DNA from: Armatimonadota bacterium
GTDB lineage: Bacteria > Armatimonadota > UBA5829 > DSUL01
Direction: 5' to 3'
DNA length: 64,000 nt
NCBI GenBank assembly: GCA_039811685.1
Contig: JBDHZC010000003.1
Span: 32,001-96,000, forward strand
The notes under the pieces were generated by a model. That model saw nothing but the letters and a program-made list of their open reading frames with translations. It did not search any database and was not told where the DNA came from. Of the stretch, positions 27,051-36,641 are shown in pieces. Numbering within the stretch: position 1 is the stretch's first letter; the number at the start of each line of letters is the position of its first letter. Both the position numbers and the translations under genes were made by a program.

Positions 27051-27986
27051 ATGCAAGACAAACCTTCCTTCACACGCCGGGAAGTCCTGAAGATGGGAGC
27101 CGTCACCGGCGCCGGAGTCGCTCTGGGAACGCTGTGGCCGTTCCGGGTCGCCTCCGCGGCTACGCGCAAAGGCTCGCGCTTCCGGTTTATCCACTACACG
27201 GACATCCACGTGCAACCCGAGCTCGCCGGAGCCCGCGGATACGCCCAGGCCATCGCGCACATGAACGGGCAGAAAGCCGACTTCGCCATCAGTGGCGGTG
27301 ACCTCGTCTTCGACAGCCTCAAAACAAAGCGCGATCGCTGCGAGCGCCTGTGGAAGCTCTACACCAGCCTCGGTAATGACTTCGATATGCCTGTTTACCA
27401 GACGCTCGGCAATCATGACAACCTTGGGCTGTCCAATCCCGATATCTCCTCGTCTGACCCGGACTACGGAAAAAAGGCGTTTCTCAACCGCTTCCAGCAG
27501 AACCACACGTACCGCTCATTCGACCACAAAGGATGGCATTTTGTCATCCTCGATTCCATTCTGCCGCAACCCGGGGGCTGGAAGCCTGTTCTGGATGAGG
27601 AGCAGATGGCGTGGCTGAAGAGCGATCTCGCGGGCAACAAGCTGCCGGTCATCGTAACCCTCCATGTGCCTATACTTACCTTCATCACCCAGATCACGCA
27701 CGGGCCGATGACCGCGCCGGGTGAACATCTGGCGATGAATGACGGCAAAGCGCTGCGTGAGCTTTTCGAAGCCAGCAACGTGAAGCTCGTGCTGCAGGGG
27801 CACGTCCACATCCGCGAACACTTCGAATACAACGGAATCAACTACATCACCAGCGGTGCGGTTTGCGGCTCCTGGTGGAACGGTCCGCGACTGGGACACC
27901 CGGAAGGCTACGCCACTGTTGACATAGACGGCGACAGCTTCGACTGGAAGTACCACACCTACGGATGGAAGGCCGTGAAGAGCTAG
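27051..27986 (+). CDS. Tat-exported calcineurin-like metallophosphoesterase
   Basis: TRREVL Tat motif; DIH, GGD, GNHD, H.P and GHVH motifs. Confidence 0.92.
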   Translation: MQDKPSFTRREVLKMGAVTGAGVALGTLWPFRVASAATRKGSRFRFIHYTDIHVQPELAGARGYAQAIAHMNGQKADFAISGGDLVFDSLKTKRDRCERLWKLYTSLGNDFDMPVYQTLGNHDNLGLSNPDISSSDPDYGKKAFLNRFQQNHTYRSFDHKGWHFVILDSILPQPGGWKPVLDEEQMAWLKSDLAGNKLPVIVTLHVPILTFITQITHGPMTAPGEHLAMNDGKALRELFEASNVKLVLQGHVHIREHFEYNGINYITSGAVCGSWWNGPRLGHPEGYATVDIDGDSFDWKYHTYGWKAVKS

Positions 27987-28014
27987 CCTCGCGCTCCAGG
28001 CGGTTACCGGAGGA

Positions 28015-28181
28015 TTAAAAAATCTGGGGGCGGCTGTCGTCGTTGAACTCAAACGCCCCCCAGGCTACCTCCCACAGATATCCGTCCGGGTAGCCGGAAT
28101 CCGCAGCCCGTCCCTGTAGAACCGCAGCGAGCGTTCAATATCCGCCACGCCGAGGGTAGTCAATGAGGTATGCGGTTGCGT
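28015..28181 (-). pseudogene. Internally deleted VOC/glyoxalase-family gene remnant
   Basis: 28181-28104 reads (T)QPHTSLTTLGVADIERSLRFYRDGL with ACG at the start position; 28098-28015, in another frame, reads SGYPDGYLWEVAWGAFEFNDDSRPQIF*; these are the N- and C-termini of a VOC protein. Confidence 0.8.
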
Positions 28182-28188
28182 GTTGGTA

Positions 28189-28524
28189 TCAGTACACCGG
28201 GACTTCCGGGTCTATGCGCTCTGCCCACGCCCGGATGCCACCCTGCAGTTTTTTCACATTTTGAAAGCCGGCTTCTTCGAGAAACGCTACCGCCTTTGTC
28301 GCGCGTCCTCCGCGGCGGCAATGCACTACGATCTCCTGTGCTCTGTCCAGCTCTTCCAGACGGTTTGGCAGCTCATCCAACGGGATAAGACACCCACCAA
28401 TGTTGCAGAGCTCGTACTCGTCCTGATCGCGTACGTCCAGCACGAATACCTCTTCACCGTTGTCTCTGCGAGCCTTTAGCTCTTCGACTGTGATCTCCCG
28501 CACTCTGCGCGCTCTCCTTTTCAC
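28189..28524 (-). CDS. Rhodanese-domain sulfurtransferase (resembles MoeZ C-terminal domain)
   Basis: EITVEELK, LDVR..E, HCRRGGR active loop and GGIRAW...IDP..PVY; start may be GTG 28503. Confidence 0.9.
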   Translation of the reverse strand: MKRRARRVREITVEELKARRDNGEEVFVLDVRDQDEYELCNIGGCLIPLDELPNRLEELDRAQEIVVHCRRGGRATKAVAFLEEAGFQNVKKLQGGIRAWAERIDPEVPVY

Positions 28525-28745
28525 AAACTGATTTTTCGCGCATAAGATATATCACAGCCCGCTAATGCGCTGCTATCCTGTCATCTGCCGGGAACTGCCT
28601 GGCAGAATAGGCGCCACAGGCGAAAAGTGATGCCGCCTGAAAGCATCGCCTTCCGAATGTCCCACTGCTCTGTGGAGAACGGTCACTGAAAACCCCAAGG
28701 ATAACAAAGTCAGATATTCTGAGTGTTGCTGTTGTCGCGCTGTTT

Positions 28746-30278
28746 GTGCTCTGGCTGAACCCGCCTGTGCTGCTGCGGCTGTTCACGGAGTACGATAACT
28801 ACATTTACGCGGGTGTTGTGCGGGGCATGGAGCATGGCCTGATGCCCTACCGGGGAGTGTTTGACCAGAAACTCCCCGCACTCTACCTGACCTTTTACGC
28901 GCTCATCCGGCTTTTTGGTGATTCTCCAGTCCCCATTCAGCTTTTCTACCTGTTCTGTACGTTCGGCCTGAGCCTGTGCGTCTTTTGTCTGGCCAGACGC
29001 ATTGGCGCAGGGTCTGGCGTCTCCGCTATTGCTGTGCTTCTGATGCTCTCGTGGCCCATCCGCCTTACGCGGGGGGCGGGTTATCTGAGCAGTCTGCAGG
29101 TCTGGTTCAACAACACGGGGCTGCTGCTGGCTTTTGCTCAGAGCCTGTGTCTTCTTCTTGCCGTAAGCGCCCGTAAGCCGCGGTGGTGGTTTCTGATTGG
29201 TCTGCTGGCTGGCTGGGCTGTCTGGATCAAGCCACAGGAAGCTCTCTTCCTGCTTCTGCTGGTACTGTGGTTGTGGAGGAGTCCGCAGCACAGTAGCTGT
29301 CGCCTGCCTGCGCTTGGATTTCTCGCTACCGGATTTGCTGCGGTGTCGGCGGGAGTTCTGGCCTGGCTGGCAGGGCACAGGCTCTTCTCCGCTCTTGCCG
29401 AAGTCATGCGCTACAACGCGCACTATGTCCGCGACACCCCTTTGTCCTCAGGATTTGTCTGGGTGTGGGAGATGGTGCGCGGAGGGCCGGAACCGCTGGT
29501 CTTTGGGGCGCTTGCGGCGTTCGCGGCTGCATGGGCTTCCAAGAGTAAGCGCGATGAACGGGACAATATCAGGTTGCTGTGTATTGGCTGGGTGATCTGT
29601 GGCGCAATTTCCGTTGTGCTCGGAAGGCGCAGCTTCACGCACTCTCTGCTTCCGGTTATGGCTGCCTGTGCTGTCTTGAGCGCAGGAGTTCTCTCGCAGT
29701 TTCTCGGTTGGATGCGCGACAGGCTGGACGGTCGCGGAAGGTTGGGGATGCGTGCGGCGATATCTCTGATTTTCGTCCTGACGCTCCTGGCGGGAATGGA
29801 TGAGCGCGTTCATCGCAATCTCGCCCTGTGGGCGCACAGTGTTCGCCCGTTTGATCTGAAGGACGAATGGGCTGTGAATGCGTGGAAGCCGCGCAATGTT
29901 CAGCTCGGGTTGTGGTTACGGTCTCAAGTGCCGCCAGATGGACAAGTGTTTGTCTACGGACCCTCATCGCCGCAAATCCTCTATGAGTCCGGTTTTTCTC
30001 CAGCCACGCGGTTCATCTGGCCGTGGCCACTTGAAGGTCACTACGGAGGGAGCCTGACCCGCCAGCCGGAGGCGCTGACGCAGCTTTTCTGGTCGCAGTG
30101 GCTCGCAGATATGCGCCGCTCCCAGCCGGCTCTGATTTTGGACGAAACCGGCGTCTTCACAAAAGCCGTCCAGGGAAAGGCAGCTTTCCCGCTTCCGATT
30201 GAGGCTGCCCGCTTTGTTCAGGAGAACTACAAATTTGAACACGCCCATGAGGGTTTCGGTGTTCTACGGCGCAAGTGA
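28746..30278 (+). CDS. GT-C membrane glycosyltransferase (ArnT/GT39-like)
   Basis: Multiple TM helices; G.MPY..VFDQK.P and IKPQ motifs; frame open upstream to a possible CTG start at 28686. Confidence 0.7.
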   Translation: MLWLNPPVLLRLFTEYDNYIYAGVVRGMEHGLMPYRGVFDQKLPALYLTFYALIRLFGDSPVPIQLFYLFCTFGLSLCVFCLARRIGAGSGVSAIAVLLMLSWPIRLTRGAGYLSSLQVWFNNTGLLLAFAQSLCLLLAVSARKPRWWFLIGLLAGWAVWIKPQEALFLLLLVLWLWRSPQHSSCRLPALGFLATGFAAVSAGVLAWLAGHRLFSALAEVMRYNAHYVRDTPLSSGFVWVWEMVRGGPEPLVFGALAAFAAAWASKSKRDERDNIRLLCIGWVICGAISVVLGRRSFTHSLLPVMAACAVLSAGVLSQFLGWMRDRLDGRGRLGMRAAISLIFVLTLLAGMDERVHRNLALWAHSVRPFDLKDEWAVNAWKPRNVQLGLWLRSQVPPDGQVFVYGPSSPQILYESGFSPATRFIWPWPLEGHYGGSLTRQPEALTQLFWSQWLADMRRSQPALILDETGVFTKAVQGKAAFPLPIEAARFVQENYKFEHAHEGFGVLRRK

Positions 30279-30366
30279 CAACTCTCGCCGTCCGTTTGTC
30301 CTGCCCCTCGCTTGAATAGCTCCGTTAGTCGAAACAGCCAGCTCAAACGTGTATAATCCAGTTGAG

Positions 30367-31002
30367 ATGTTCACTGGCATAGTTTCGGACGTTGGAATCG
30401 TAGAGTCAATCAGCGCGGCTCCGTATGGCACGCGCCTGTCCGTCCGTCCGGCAAAGTTCACAGGCATTCAGACGGCGGAAAGCGTTGCTGTCAACGGAGT
30501 ATGTCTGACCGTCGCCGATACGGGCGAGGCGCCAGAGGGAGCGGTTCTGCATTTTGACTGCGTTCAGGAGACTCTGGACCGCACAAGCCTCGGTTCCCTT
30601 CGGCCTGGCGCCCGCGTCAATCTGGAGCGTCCGGTGGCTGCCGGAGAGCCGATGGGCGGACACTTTGTGCAGGGCCACGTGGACGACAAGGGCCGGATCA
30701 CTGAAATTGTTCCGGATGAAGAGGCGCGCACGGTTCGCGTTTCCTGCGCTCCTGAAATCATGCAGCTCATCGTCCATAAAGGCTCAGTAGCCATAGACGG
30801 CATCAGTCTCACTGTCGCCTCCTGCAATGATGAGTCGTTCACTGTCGCCATCATCCCGTTCACCTGGGAGGAGACGAATCTGCGCGACAGGGGCGTCGGC
30901 GACGAAGTCAACATTGAGACTGATATCCTCGCCAAGTACATTGCCCGGTTCCTCCCACCGGAATATGTGCCGGAGCCGCTTCGAAATATCCAGGAGGCCT
31001 AG
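30367..31002 (+). CDS. ribE: Riboflavin synthase alpha chain
   Basis: MFTGIV start; SVAVNGVCLTV, GGHFVQGHVD, KGSVAIDGISLTV and VNIETD motifs. Confidence 0.97.
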   Translation: MFTGIVSDVGIVESISAAPYGTRLSVRPAKFTGIQTAESVAVNGVCLTVADTGEAPEGAVLHFDCVQETLDRTSLGSLRPGARVNLERPVAAGEPMGGHFVQGHVDDKGRITEIVPDEEARTVRVSCAPEIMQLIVHKGSVAIDGISLTVASCNDESFTVAIIPFTWEETNLRDRGVGDEVNIETDILAKYIARFLPPEYVPEPLRNIQEA

Positions 31003-31009
31003 AGCGGAT

Positions 31010-32308
31010 ATGTCTGAGGAGCGTTCACAAGAGTTCTGCACTGTAGAAGAAGCCATAGAAGAGCTTCGCGCCGGTCGGCTGATTATCGTGGTGGACGATA
31101 AAGACAGAGAGAACGAAGGTGACTTCGTTATGGCGGCGGAGTTCTGCACGCCCGAAGCAGTCACTGTTATGGCGAGAAAAGGCGGCGGGTTGATCTGCGT
31201 CGCGGCTACAGAAGAGCGTCTGGCGGAGTTGGACTTGAAGATGATGGTGGAGAACAACACGTCCAAGCTCGGCACCCAGTTCACTGTCACGGTTGACGCC
31301 CGGCGTGGCACCAGTACCGGCATTTCCGCCTCTGACCGAGCCCATACCATTCGAGTGCTTGCGGATCCCGCAACGCAACCTGACGATCTTTGCATACCCG
31401 GGCACATCTTCCCGCTGCGCGCACAGCCGGGCGGCGTACTCGTAAGGGCAGGGCACACCGAGGCTGTAGTTGACCTGATGTCTCTGGCCGGGTTGCGGCC
31501 CTGCGGCGTACTTTGCGAAATCATGAGCGAGAGCGGGCACGAGATGGCCCGTGTGCCGGAGCTTTTGGAAATCGCATCGAAGCACAACCTCAAGGTGCTG
31601 ACGGTCGCCGACCTGATCAAGCACCGGCGTCATCACGAGAAGCTCATTCACCGCGTCGCAAGCGCACAGCTTCCCACAAAGTGGGGTCAGTTTGTCGCGC
31701 ACGCGTACGAGGCGGCCATTGACAGCAATCCTTACGTGGCCCTTGTAATGGGTAACATTACAGAGGGTGAGCCGCCGCTTGTGCGCATTCACTCTGGCTG
31801 TCTCACGGGAGACGCTCTGGGTTCTTTGCGCTGTGACTGTGGAGACCAGCTTGACCTGGCCATGCAGAAGATTGCTTCAGAAGGCCGCGGAGTGTTGCTT
31901 TACATCCAGCAGGAGGGTCGCGGAATCGGACTGGTGAACAAACTGAAAGCGTATGTGCTTCAGGATCATGGAGCCGATACCGTAGAAGCCAACGAGATGC
32001 TGGGCTTTCCGCCAGATATCCGGGACTACTCGCTTGGTGCACAGGTGCTTGTGGACCTCGGTCTCAAGAGGCTGCGTCTGATGACCAACAATCCGTCCAA
32101 GTACGCTGCTCTGGAAGGCTATGAACTGGAGATAGTGGAACGCGTCCCACTGGTTGCCGGGCGCCGTCCGGAAAGTATGCGCTATCTCAACACTAAGCGA
32201 ACCAAAATGGGCCATATTTTTGAAAGTGGGGAGACGCCGGCTACGCGCGAAAATGGTTGTGCGCACCAGCCGGAGCCCCTGGCGGAAACAAAACAACAGG
32301 AGAGTTAG
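31010..32308 (+). CDS. ribBA: Bifunctional DHBP synthase / GTP cyclohydrolase II
   Basis: DRENEGD, TGISA.DR, RAGHTEA, RIHSGCLTGD..GS.RCDCG and EGRGIGL motifs; start is ATG 31010. Confidence 0.97.
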   Translation: MSEERSQEFCTVEEAIEELRAGRLIIVVDDKDRENEGDFVMAAEFCTPEAVTVMARKGGGLICVAATEERLAELDLKMMVENNTSKLGTQFTVTVDARRGTSTGISASDRAHTIRVLADPATQPDDLCIPGHIFPLRAQPGGVLVRAGHTEAVVDLMSLAGLRPCGVLCEIMSESGHEMARVPELLEIASKHNLKVLTVADLIKHRRHHEKLIHRVASAQLPTKWGQFVAHAYEAAIDSNPYVALVMGNITEGEPPLVRIHSGCLTGDALGSLRCDCGDQLDLAMQKIASEGRGVLLYIQQEGRGIGLVNKLKAYVLQDHGADTVEANEMLGFPPDIRDYSLGAQVLVDLGLKRLRLMTNNPSKYAALEGYELEIVERVPLVAGRRPESMRYLNTKRTKMGHIFESGETPATRENGCAHQPEPLAETKQQES

Positions 32309-32776
32309 TTGGCGCATACTCTGAAAGGCGAGCTTGCCGGTGGCGGCTTGAAAATCGCTATCGTAGTCTCGAGATTCAATGCTTTTGTTACGGAGCGCTT
32401 GCTTTCGGGCGCGCTGGATACTCTGAGCAGACACGGCGTGTCTGATGAGGATATCTCCGTCGCGTGGGCGCCCGGGGCTTTTGAGCTGCCGCTGGTGGCG
32501 CGCAAGTTTGCAACGAGCGGCTCAGACGCTGTAATCTGCCTGGGCGCGCTCATTCGTGGAAACACCCCGCACTTCGACTACATCAGCAGTTGCGCGTCTA
32601 GCGGCATTTCGCGTGTCAGCCTGGAGACGGGGATTCCAGTCATTTTTGGCGTACTGACCTGCGACACCGTGGAGCAGGCAATTGACCGCGCCGGCGCCAA
32701 AGCTGGGAATAAGGGGAGTGACGCCGCTGTCGCCGCGATTGAGATGGCCAATCTCCTGCGTGCGATCGGTGAATAA
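32309..32776 (+). CDS. ribH: 6,7-dimethyl-8-ribityllumazine synthase
   Basis: SRFN, PGAFELP, IRG.TPHFDY and GNKG motifs. Confidence 0.97.
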   Translation: MAHTLKGELAGGGLKIAIVVSRFNAFVTERLLSGALDTLSRHGVSDEDISVAWAPGAFELPLVARKFATSGSDAVICLGALIRGNTPHFDYISSCASSGISRVSLETGIPVIFGVLTCDTVEQAIDRAGAKAGNKGSDAAVAAIEMANLLRAIGE

Positions 32777-32823
32777 TTAGTCTCAAATGCCGTTATTTCA
32801 TCAAGAGCGGCTGATAAAAGTAG

Positions 32824-34047
32824 GTGTCCGTGAAACAATTGGGTTTGATAGTTCTGGGGGCGGTTGCTGGAGTATTGTTGTGGCAGGGATTTCAACATTA
32901 CTCAGAGTCTCACGAAACCTCGACAAATGGGGGACTGCCCGGTATCGTGTCGCGTCCGGCTCCTGAATCCCCAAACGCGCAATCTTCGGCAAAAGCGGCC
33001 AATACTGTAGAGGAATACGTCGTAAACGTGGACACAACAGGCCGTCCAGTCGCTGACTACGGGTTCTTCGGTTTTCAGCGATGGGTGACGCCGCGCGGTA
33101 GCGGTTCGGGAGTTATCGTTCGCAAAGACGGGTTTATCGTTACCAACAACCACGTTGTGGACGACGCTCAGGACATTCAGGTGACCCTCTTCAGCGGCCG
33201 CAAGTTCTCCGGACGCCTGTGGGCGCGCGCGCCAGACTACGATCTCGCGCTGGTCAAGATCAATGCCAATGATCTGCCCTATGCGCGCTTCGCTGACTCA
33301 GAAAAGGACATCCGCGTAGGCGATCCTGTCATTGCTGTCGGAAATGCCCTCGGCTTGGGTACGACGGTCACTTCAGGCATTATCAGCGCTCTTCAGCGCC
33401 GGGTGCCATCCCAGAACGACAGCCGCAACGTCAGCCTTCAGAAGGCCATTCAAACAGACGCCGCTATCAACCCCGGGAACTCTGGCGGAGCGCTGGCTCT
33501 GCTGGACGGACGCCTGATTGGCATTAACACGGCCATTTACTCCACCAATCAGGGCGGCGGGAACATCGGTATAGGGTTTGCAATCCCCGCCAACACCGTT
33601 CACAAAGCCTTGGAAGCCCTTATCAGCAAGAAGACTTTTGAGTCTCCGGCTCCTGCGTTTATGGGTGTGGCGTATCAGCCGATGAGCCCAGATCTGGCCC
33701 AGTCACTCAATCAAAGGTTTGGGCTGAGTTATCCGACCACGGACACCGGTGTTGTTGTTCAAAATCTTGTACCCCAGGGGCCGGCGGAACTGGCTGGTGT
33801 CAAGTCCTATGACCAGATTCTTGAGGTGGACGGGAAGAAGCTCGACGCGGCGCAGAAGCTGGCGGAGATTATGCAGGCTCACAAACCCGGAGACGTTCTG
33901 AAGGTTGTCTTGTACCGGCCGGCGCTTTCAAAGAAGATGACGCTGAGCGTAAAGTTGTCGGCGGCTCCAAGAGATCTGGGGAATGGGCCCGATCAGTCGC
34001 AACCTCAGCCGCAGCCTCAACCTAGAATTCCGGGATGGCCATTTTAG
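32824..34047 (+). CDS. htrA: HtrA/DegP-family serine protease with one PDZ domain
   Basis: GSGSG, TNNHV, DLAL and IQTDAAINPGNSGG motifs; C-terminal PDZ; N-terminal TM. Confidence 0.93.
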   Translation: MSVKQLGLIVLGAVAGVLLWQGFQHYSESHETSTNGGLPGIVSRPAPESPNAQSSAKAANTVEEYVVNVDTTGRPVADYGFFGFQRWVTPRGSGSGVIVRKDGFIVTNNHVVDDAQDIQVTLFSGRKFSGRLWARAPDYDLALVKINANDLPYARFADSEKDIRVGDPVIAVGNALGLGTTVTSGIISALQRRVPSQNDSRNVSLQKAIQTDAAINPGNSGGALALLDGRLIGINTAIYSTNQGGGNIGIGFAIPANTVHKALEALISKKTFESPAPAFMGVAYQPMSPDLAQSLNQRFGLSYPTTDTGVVVQNLVPQGPAELAGVKSYDQILEVDGKKLDAAQKLAEIMQAHKPGDVLKVVLYRPALSKKMTLSVKLSAAPRDLGNGPDQSQPQPQPQPRIPGWPF

Positions 34048-34495
34048 TCTCCGCGGAGATGATAGTCCATCTCTGGACAGGGTAAATGAGCCAGCGCTTG
34101 CGCTCTTCTCGCTTGAGCCGCAAGGTGACCAGGCCCGCGTACTGGGCGGAGGCTCCACTGTTGGAGGTAATGCGTGCGTTTGCGTCAGTTGTCGCGACGG
34201 CGGAGTCCGCGTGCACTGATATCTGAGGCGGGTGCAAGGCGATCTGGATGCTGCTTGAGTCGCGAAATGTCTGAAGCAGAATCAGGCGCACCTGGTCGTA
34301 GCTGCCGCCAACTCCCTTGTAGTCCCTGGACACATGCGACAGCGTCCGCCAGATATCTCGCTTTTCGGCTGCTGCTGTCAGTCCTGTCAGAACATTCTGA
34401 ATCTGTTGCTGGTCTGTGCCTCGCGGGCGTGAGGCCAGCCATCCAGCGCCAAGCGCAACCGCAATGGCCAGAGCGGTCAGAAATGTCTTGTTCAT
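34022..34495 (-). CDS. Membrane-anchored NTF2-like hypothetical protein
   Basis: AAGGAG RBS before ATG 34495; N-terminal TM; D.QQI..V.....AAE.RD.....VS.DY pattern. Confidence 0.55.
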   Translation of the reverse strand: MNKTFLTALAIAVALGAGWLASRPRGTDQQQIQNVLTGLTAAAEKRDIWRTLSHVSRDYKGVGGSYDQVRLILLQTFRDSSSIQIALHPPQISVHADSAVATTDANARITSNSGASAQYAGLVTLRLKREERKRWLIYPVQRWTIISAETKMAIPEF

Positions 34496-34548
34496 AGTCT
34501 TAGCGCGCTCCTTTTGGAACTGGAACACGGCGCTTCGCGAAAAACACC

Positions 34549-35658
34549 ATGTCCTTCCAACTGTCTGACGAGTGGAAAAGCTGTATGTTTCAGCTGCTCG
34601 AGTCTGGCGGCCGTGTTCTGGTCAGCGGGCCAACCGACAGCGGAAAGAGCACATTTTGTCTGGCGCTAGCTGATGCGTGCGCTGTTCGCGGTCATCTTTG
34701 CGCTGTGGTTGACGCCGACACCGGGCAGTCCGAGATTGGCCCTCCTGGAACTGTTGGGCTGGCCTGCCTCAACAAGACCACTGGCTCTTTCGCGGAGCTG
34801 GAACCTGACGCCATCTACTTTGTCGGAAGCACCTCCCCTCCCGGACATCTACTACCATTGGCGCTTGGCGTGGGAGTCCTCTGCCGCTTTGCCGGTGCGC
34901 GTCGGCCACACCTTACAATCGTTGACATGCCGGGATTTGTCAGCGGCCCTGGCGCCTCCACACTCGTAAGCAGTGTCATTTCAGAGTCTGCACCGGACAC
35001 TCTTGTCATTTTTCAGCGTGAGCGCAGTATGCGCGATATTCTGGCGGCGGTGCGTGGACTTCGCAAACCTGAGGTCTTGTTCCTGGAGCCGTCCGCGCAG
35101 GCACGGCAAAGAAGCGCGCACGAGCGCACAGCGCGTCGCAGATTGAAGTTTGCGGCTTACTTTGCGGATGCTGAGACTTTTGAGCTACAGGGTAGAAGTT
35201 GCGGGCTCCCTTATGGGGGGCCTTTCGCCGGCCGGGCACTCCCTATTGACGATTGTCTGGCGCTGGAGAGTGTGCTGGGAGTGGAAGTAGTGTACGCTGA
35301 GGAATCTGCCTTGCGAACACTGATTGTTACCCGGACCGAAGCTTCGCCCGCTGCTGTGGCCTCGGTGGCCAGGAGTATTCGGGGCCGCGCTTACACGTGC
35401 GTGACACAGGACTGGTTCAGGAATTCGCTGGTGGGGCTGGCGGATGACTCTGGGCGCCACCATGCTGTGGGAATACTGGAGGAAGTGGATTTTCGCAGTG
35501 AACAACTTCGCATCTGTTCACCTCTCAAGCGGCCGGGGATTGTGCGGCAGGTTCTGCTTGGAGCGCTTCGGCTGACGCGGGACGGACGTGAACTGGGCTA
35601 TATTGCTCCGGGCTCGCTTTACAGCCCGTCTGGCGCTGGCGTCAGGCGCCGGAGATAA
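34549..35658 (+). CDS. Clp1/Grc3/Nol9-family polynucleotide 5'-hydroxyl kinase
   Basis: Walker A GPTDSGKS; VDADTGQSEIGPPG; YFVGSTSP; VDMPG; lid motif R...RTARR..F..YF; C-terminal LVGL.D....GIL. Confidence 0.85.
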   Translation: MSFQLSDEWKSCMFQLLESGGRVLVSGPTDSGKSTFCLALADACAVRGHLCAVVDADTGQSEIGPPGTVGLACLNKTTGSFAELEPDAIYFVGSTSPPGHLLPLALGVGVLCRFAGARRPHLTIVDMPGFVSGPGASTLVSSVISESAPDTLVIFQRERSMRDILAAVRGLRKPEVLFLEPSAQARQRSAHERTARRRLKFAAYFADAETFELQGRSCGLPYGGPFAGRALPIDDCLALESVLGVEVVYAEESALRTLIVTRTEASPAAVASVARSIRGRAYTCVTQDWFRNSLVGLADDSGRHHAVGILEEVDFRSEQLRICSPLKRPGIVRQVLLGALRLTRDGRELGYIAPGSLYSPSGAGVRRRR

Positions 35659-35692
35659 CAGGCGGCTATAGGATCTACCCTCGGAAAATACT

Positions 35693-36349
35693 ATGCTTAA
35701 GAGCTTGACTTTCGTACGCCACGGTGAAAGTAAATGGAACGCGGGACGCAAGATTCAGGGGCATCTTGAATCCGAGTTGTCTTCTCTGGGGCGGGCGCAG
35801 GCGAGAGCGCTGAGAGGCTGTTTCTCTGGGGACTCCTTTGATGCCGTGTATTCCAGCGACCTGATCCGAGCTGCCGACACCGCACTGTTGGCGACCGGAC
35901 TAGGCCGCGAACAGCTGACTGTTACAGAGGCTTTGCGTGAGATATCCTTCGGAGACTGGGAGGGACTCAGTCCGGAACAGGTGCGCAGGCGGTGGCCAAG
36001 CGCCTGGGACGCGTTTCGCCAGGATCCCATCAACGCACGCCCTGCGACCGGGGAGAGCATAGCGCAACTCTCTGCGCGCGTAGGAGGTCTGATTGAACAC
36101 TGTCATTCTGTTCACGCAGGGCAAAGAGTGGTATTCTTTACACACGGTGGGCCAGTCCGAATCGCACTGATTGAAATACTCGGGCTTTCTCCGCGCCACT
36201 GGCGCACGCTGCGCATAGCAAACGCCAGTCTTACGCGTGTGGAATACATTGACGGAGAGGCGATTCTGACCTGTTTCAACCTTACAGGCCATCTGGCGGA
36301 TATTCACAAAGTGAAGGCAGCGGAGACACTGAAAGCGGATGAACAGTAA
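35693..36349 (+). CDS. Histidine phosphatase (phosphoglycerate mutase superfamily)
   Basis: RHGES.WN, YSSDL.RA..TA, LREISFGDWEG, GES and THGG motifs. Confidence 0.92.
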   Translation: MLKSLTFVRHGESKWNAGRKIQGHLESELSSLGRAQARALRGCFSGDSFDAVYSSDLIRAADTALLATGLGREQLTVTEALREISFGDWEGLSPEQVRRRWPSAWDAFRQDPINARPATGESIAQLSARVGGLIEHCHSVHAGQRVVFFTHGGPVRIALIEILGLSPRHWRTLRIANASLTRVEYIDGEAILTCFNLTGHLADIHKVKAAETLKADEQ

Positions 36350-36641
36350 GTCGAGTCCGGTCGGCCTCGTACGCACGGTCTGGGGTCTGCGAAGGTCTAT
36401 GCGACTCTTCTGGCGTCTGTTCAACGATCCGCGCGTACCCGCTATCTTCAAAGCAGTCCCGCTGGCGGGATTTATCTACCTCATCAGCCCGCTGGATTTT
36501 GACTTCATCCCCGTGGTCGGCCAGATGGATGATGTGGCGGTACTCCTGTTGCTTGCGCGCTTCTTTGTCAAGCTGTGTCCTCAACAGCTAGTGCAGGAGC
36601 ACGAACAGGCTCTGGGGCGAACGGGACATTCCGCCCACTAG
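36339..36641 (+). CDS. YkvA/DUF1232 family membrane protein
   Basis: DPRVP and YLISPLD.DFIPVVGQMDD motifs. Confidence 0.9.
   Translation: MNSKSSPVGLVRTVWGLRRSMRLFWRLFNDPRVPAIFKAVPLAGFIYLISPLDFDFIPVVGQMDDVAVLLLLARFFVKLCPQQLVQEHEQALGRTGHSAH

Noticed and set aside
32793..32815. ATCAAGAGCGGCTGA, resembling the start of a SAM-I riboswitch
   Set aside because: The gap is only 47 nt and the remaining conserved elements (GAGGGA, GCAACC, GGTGC) are absent
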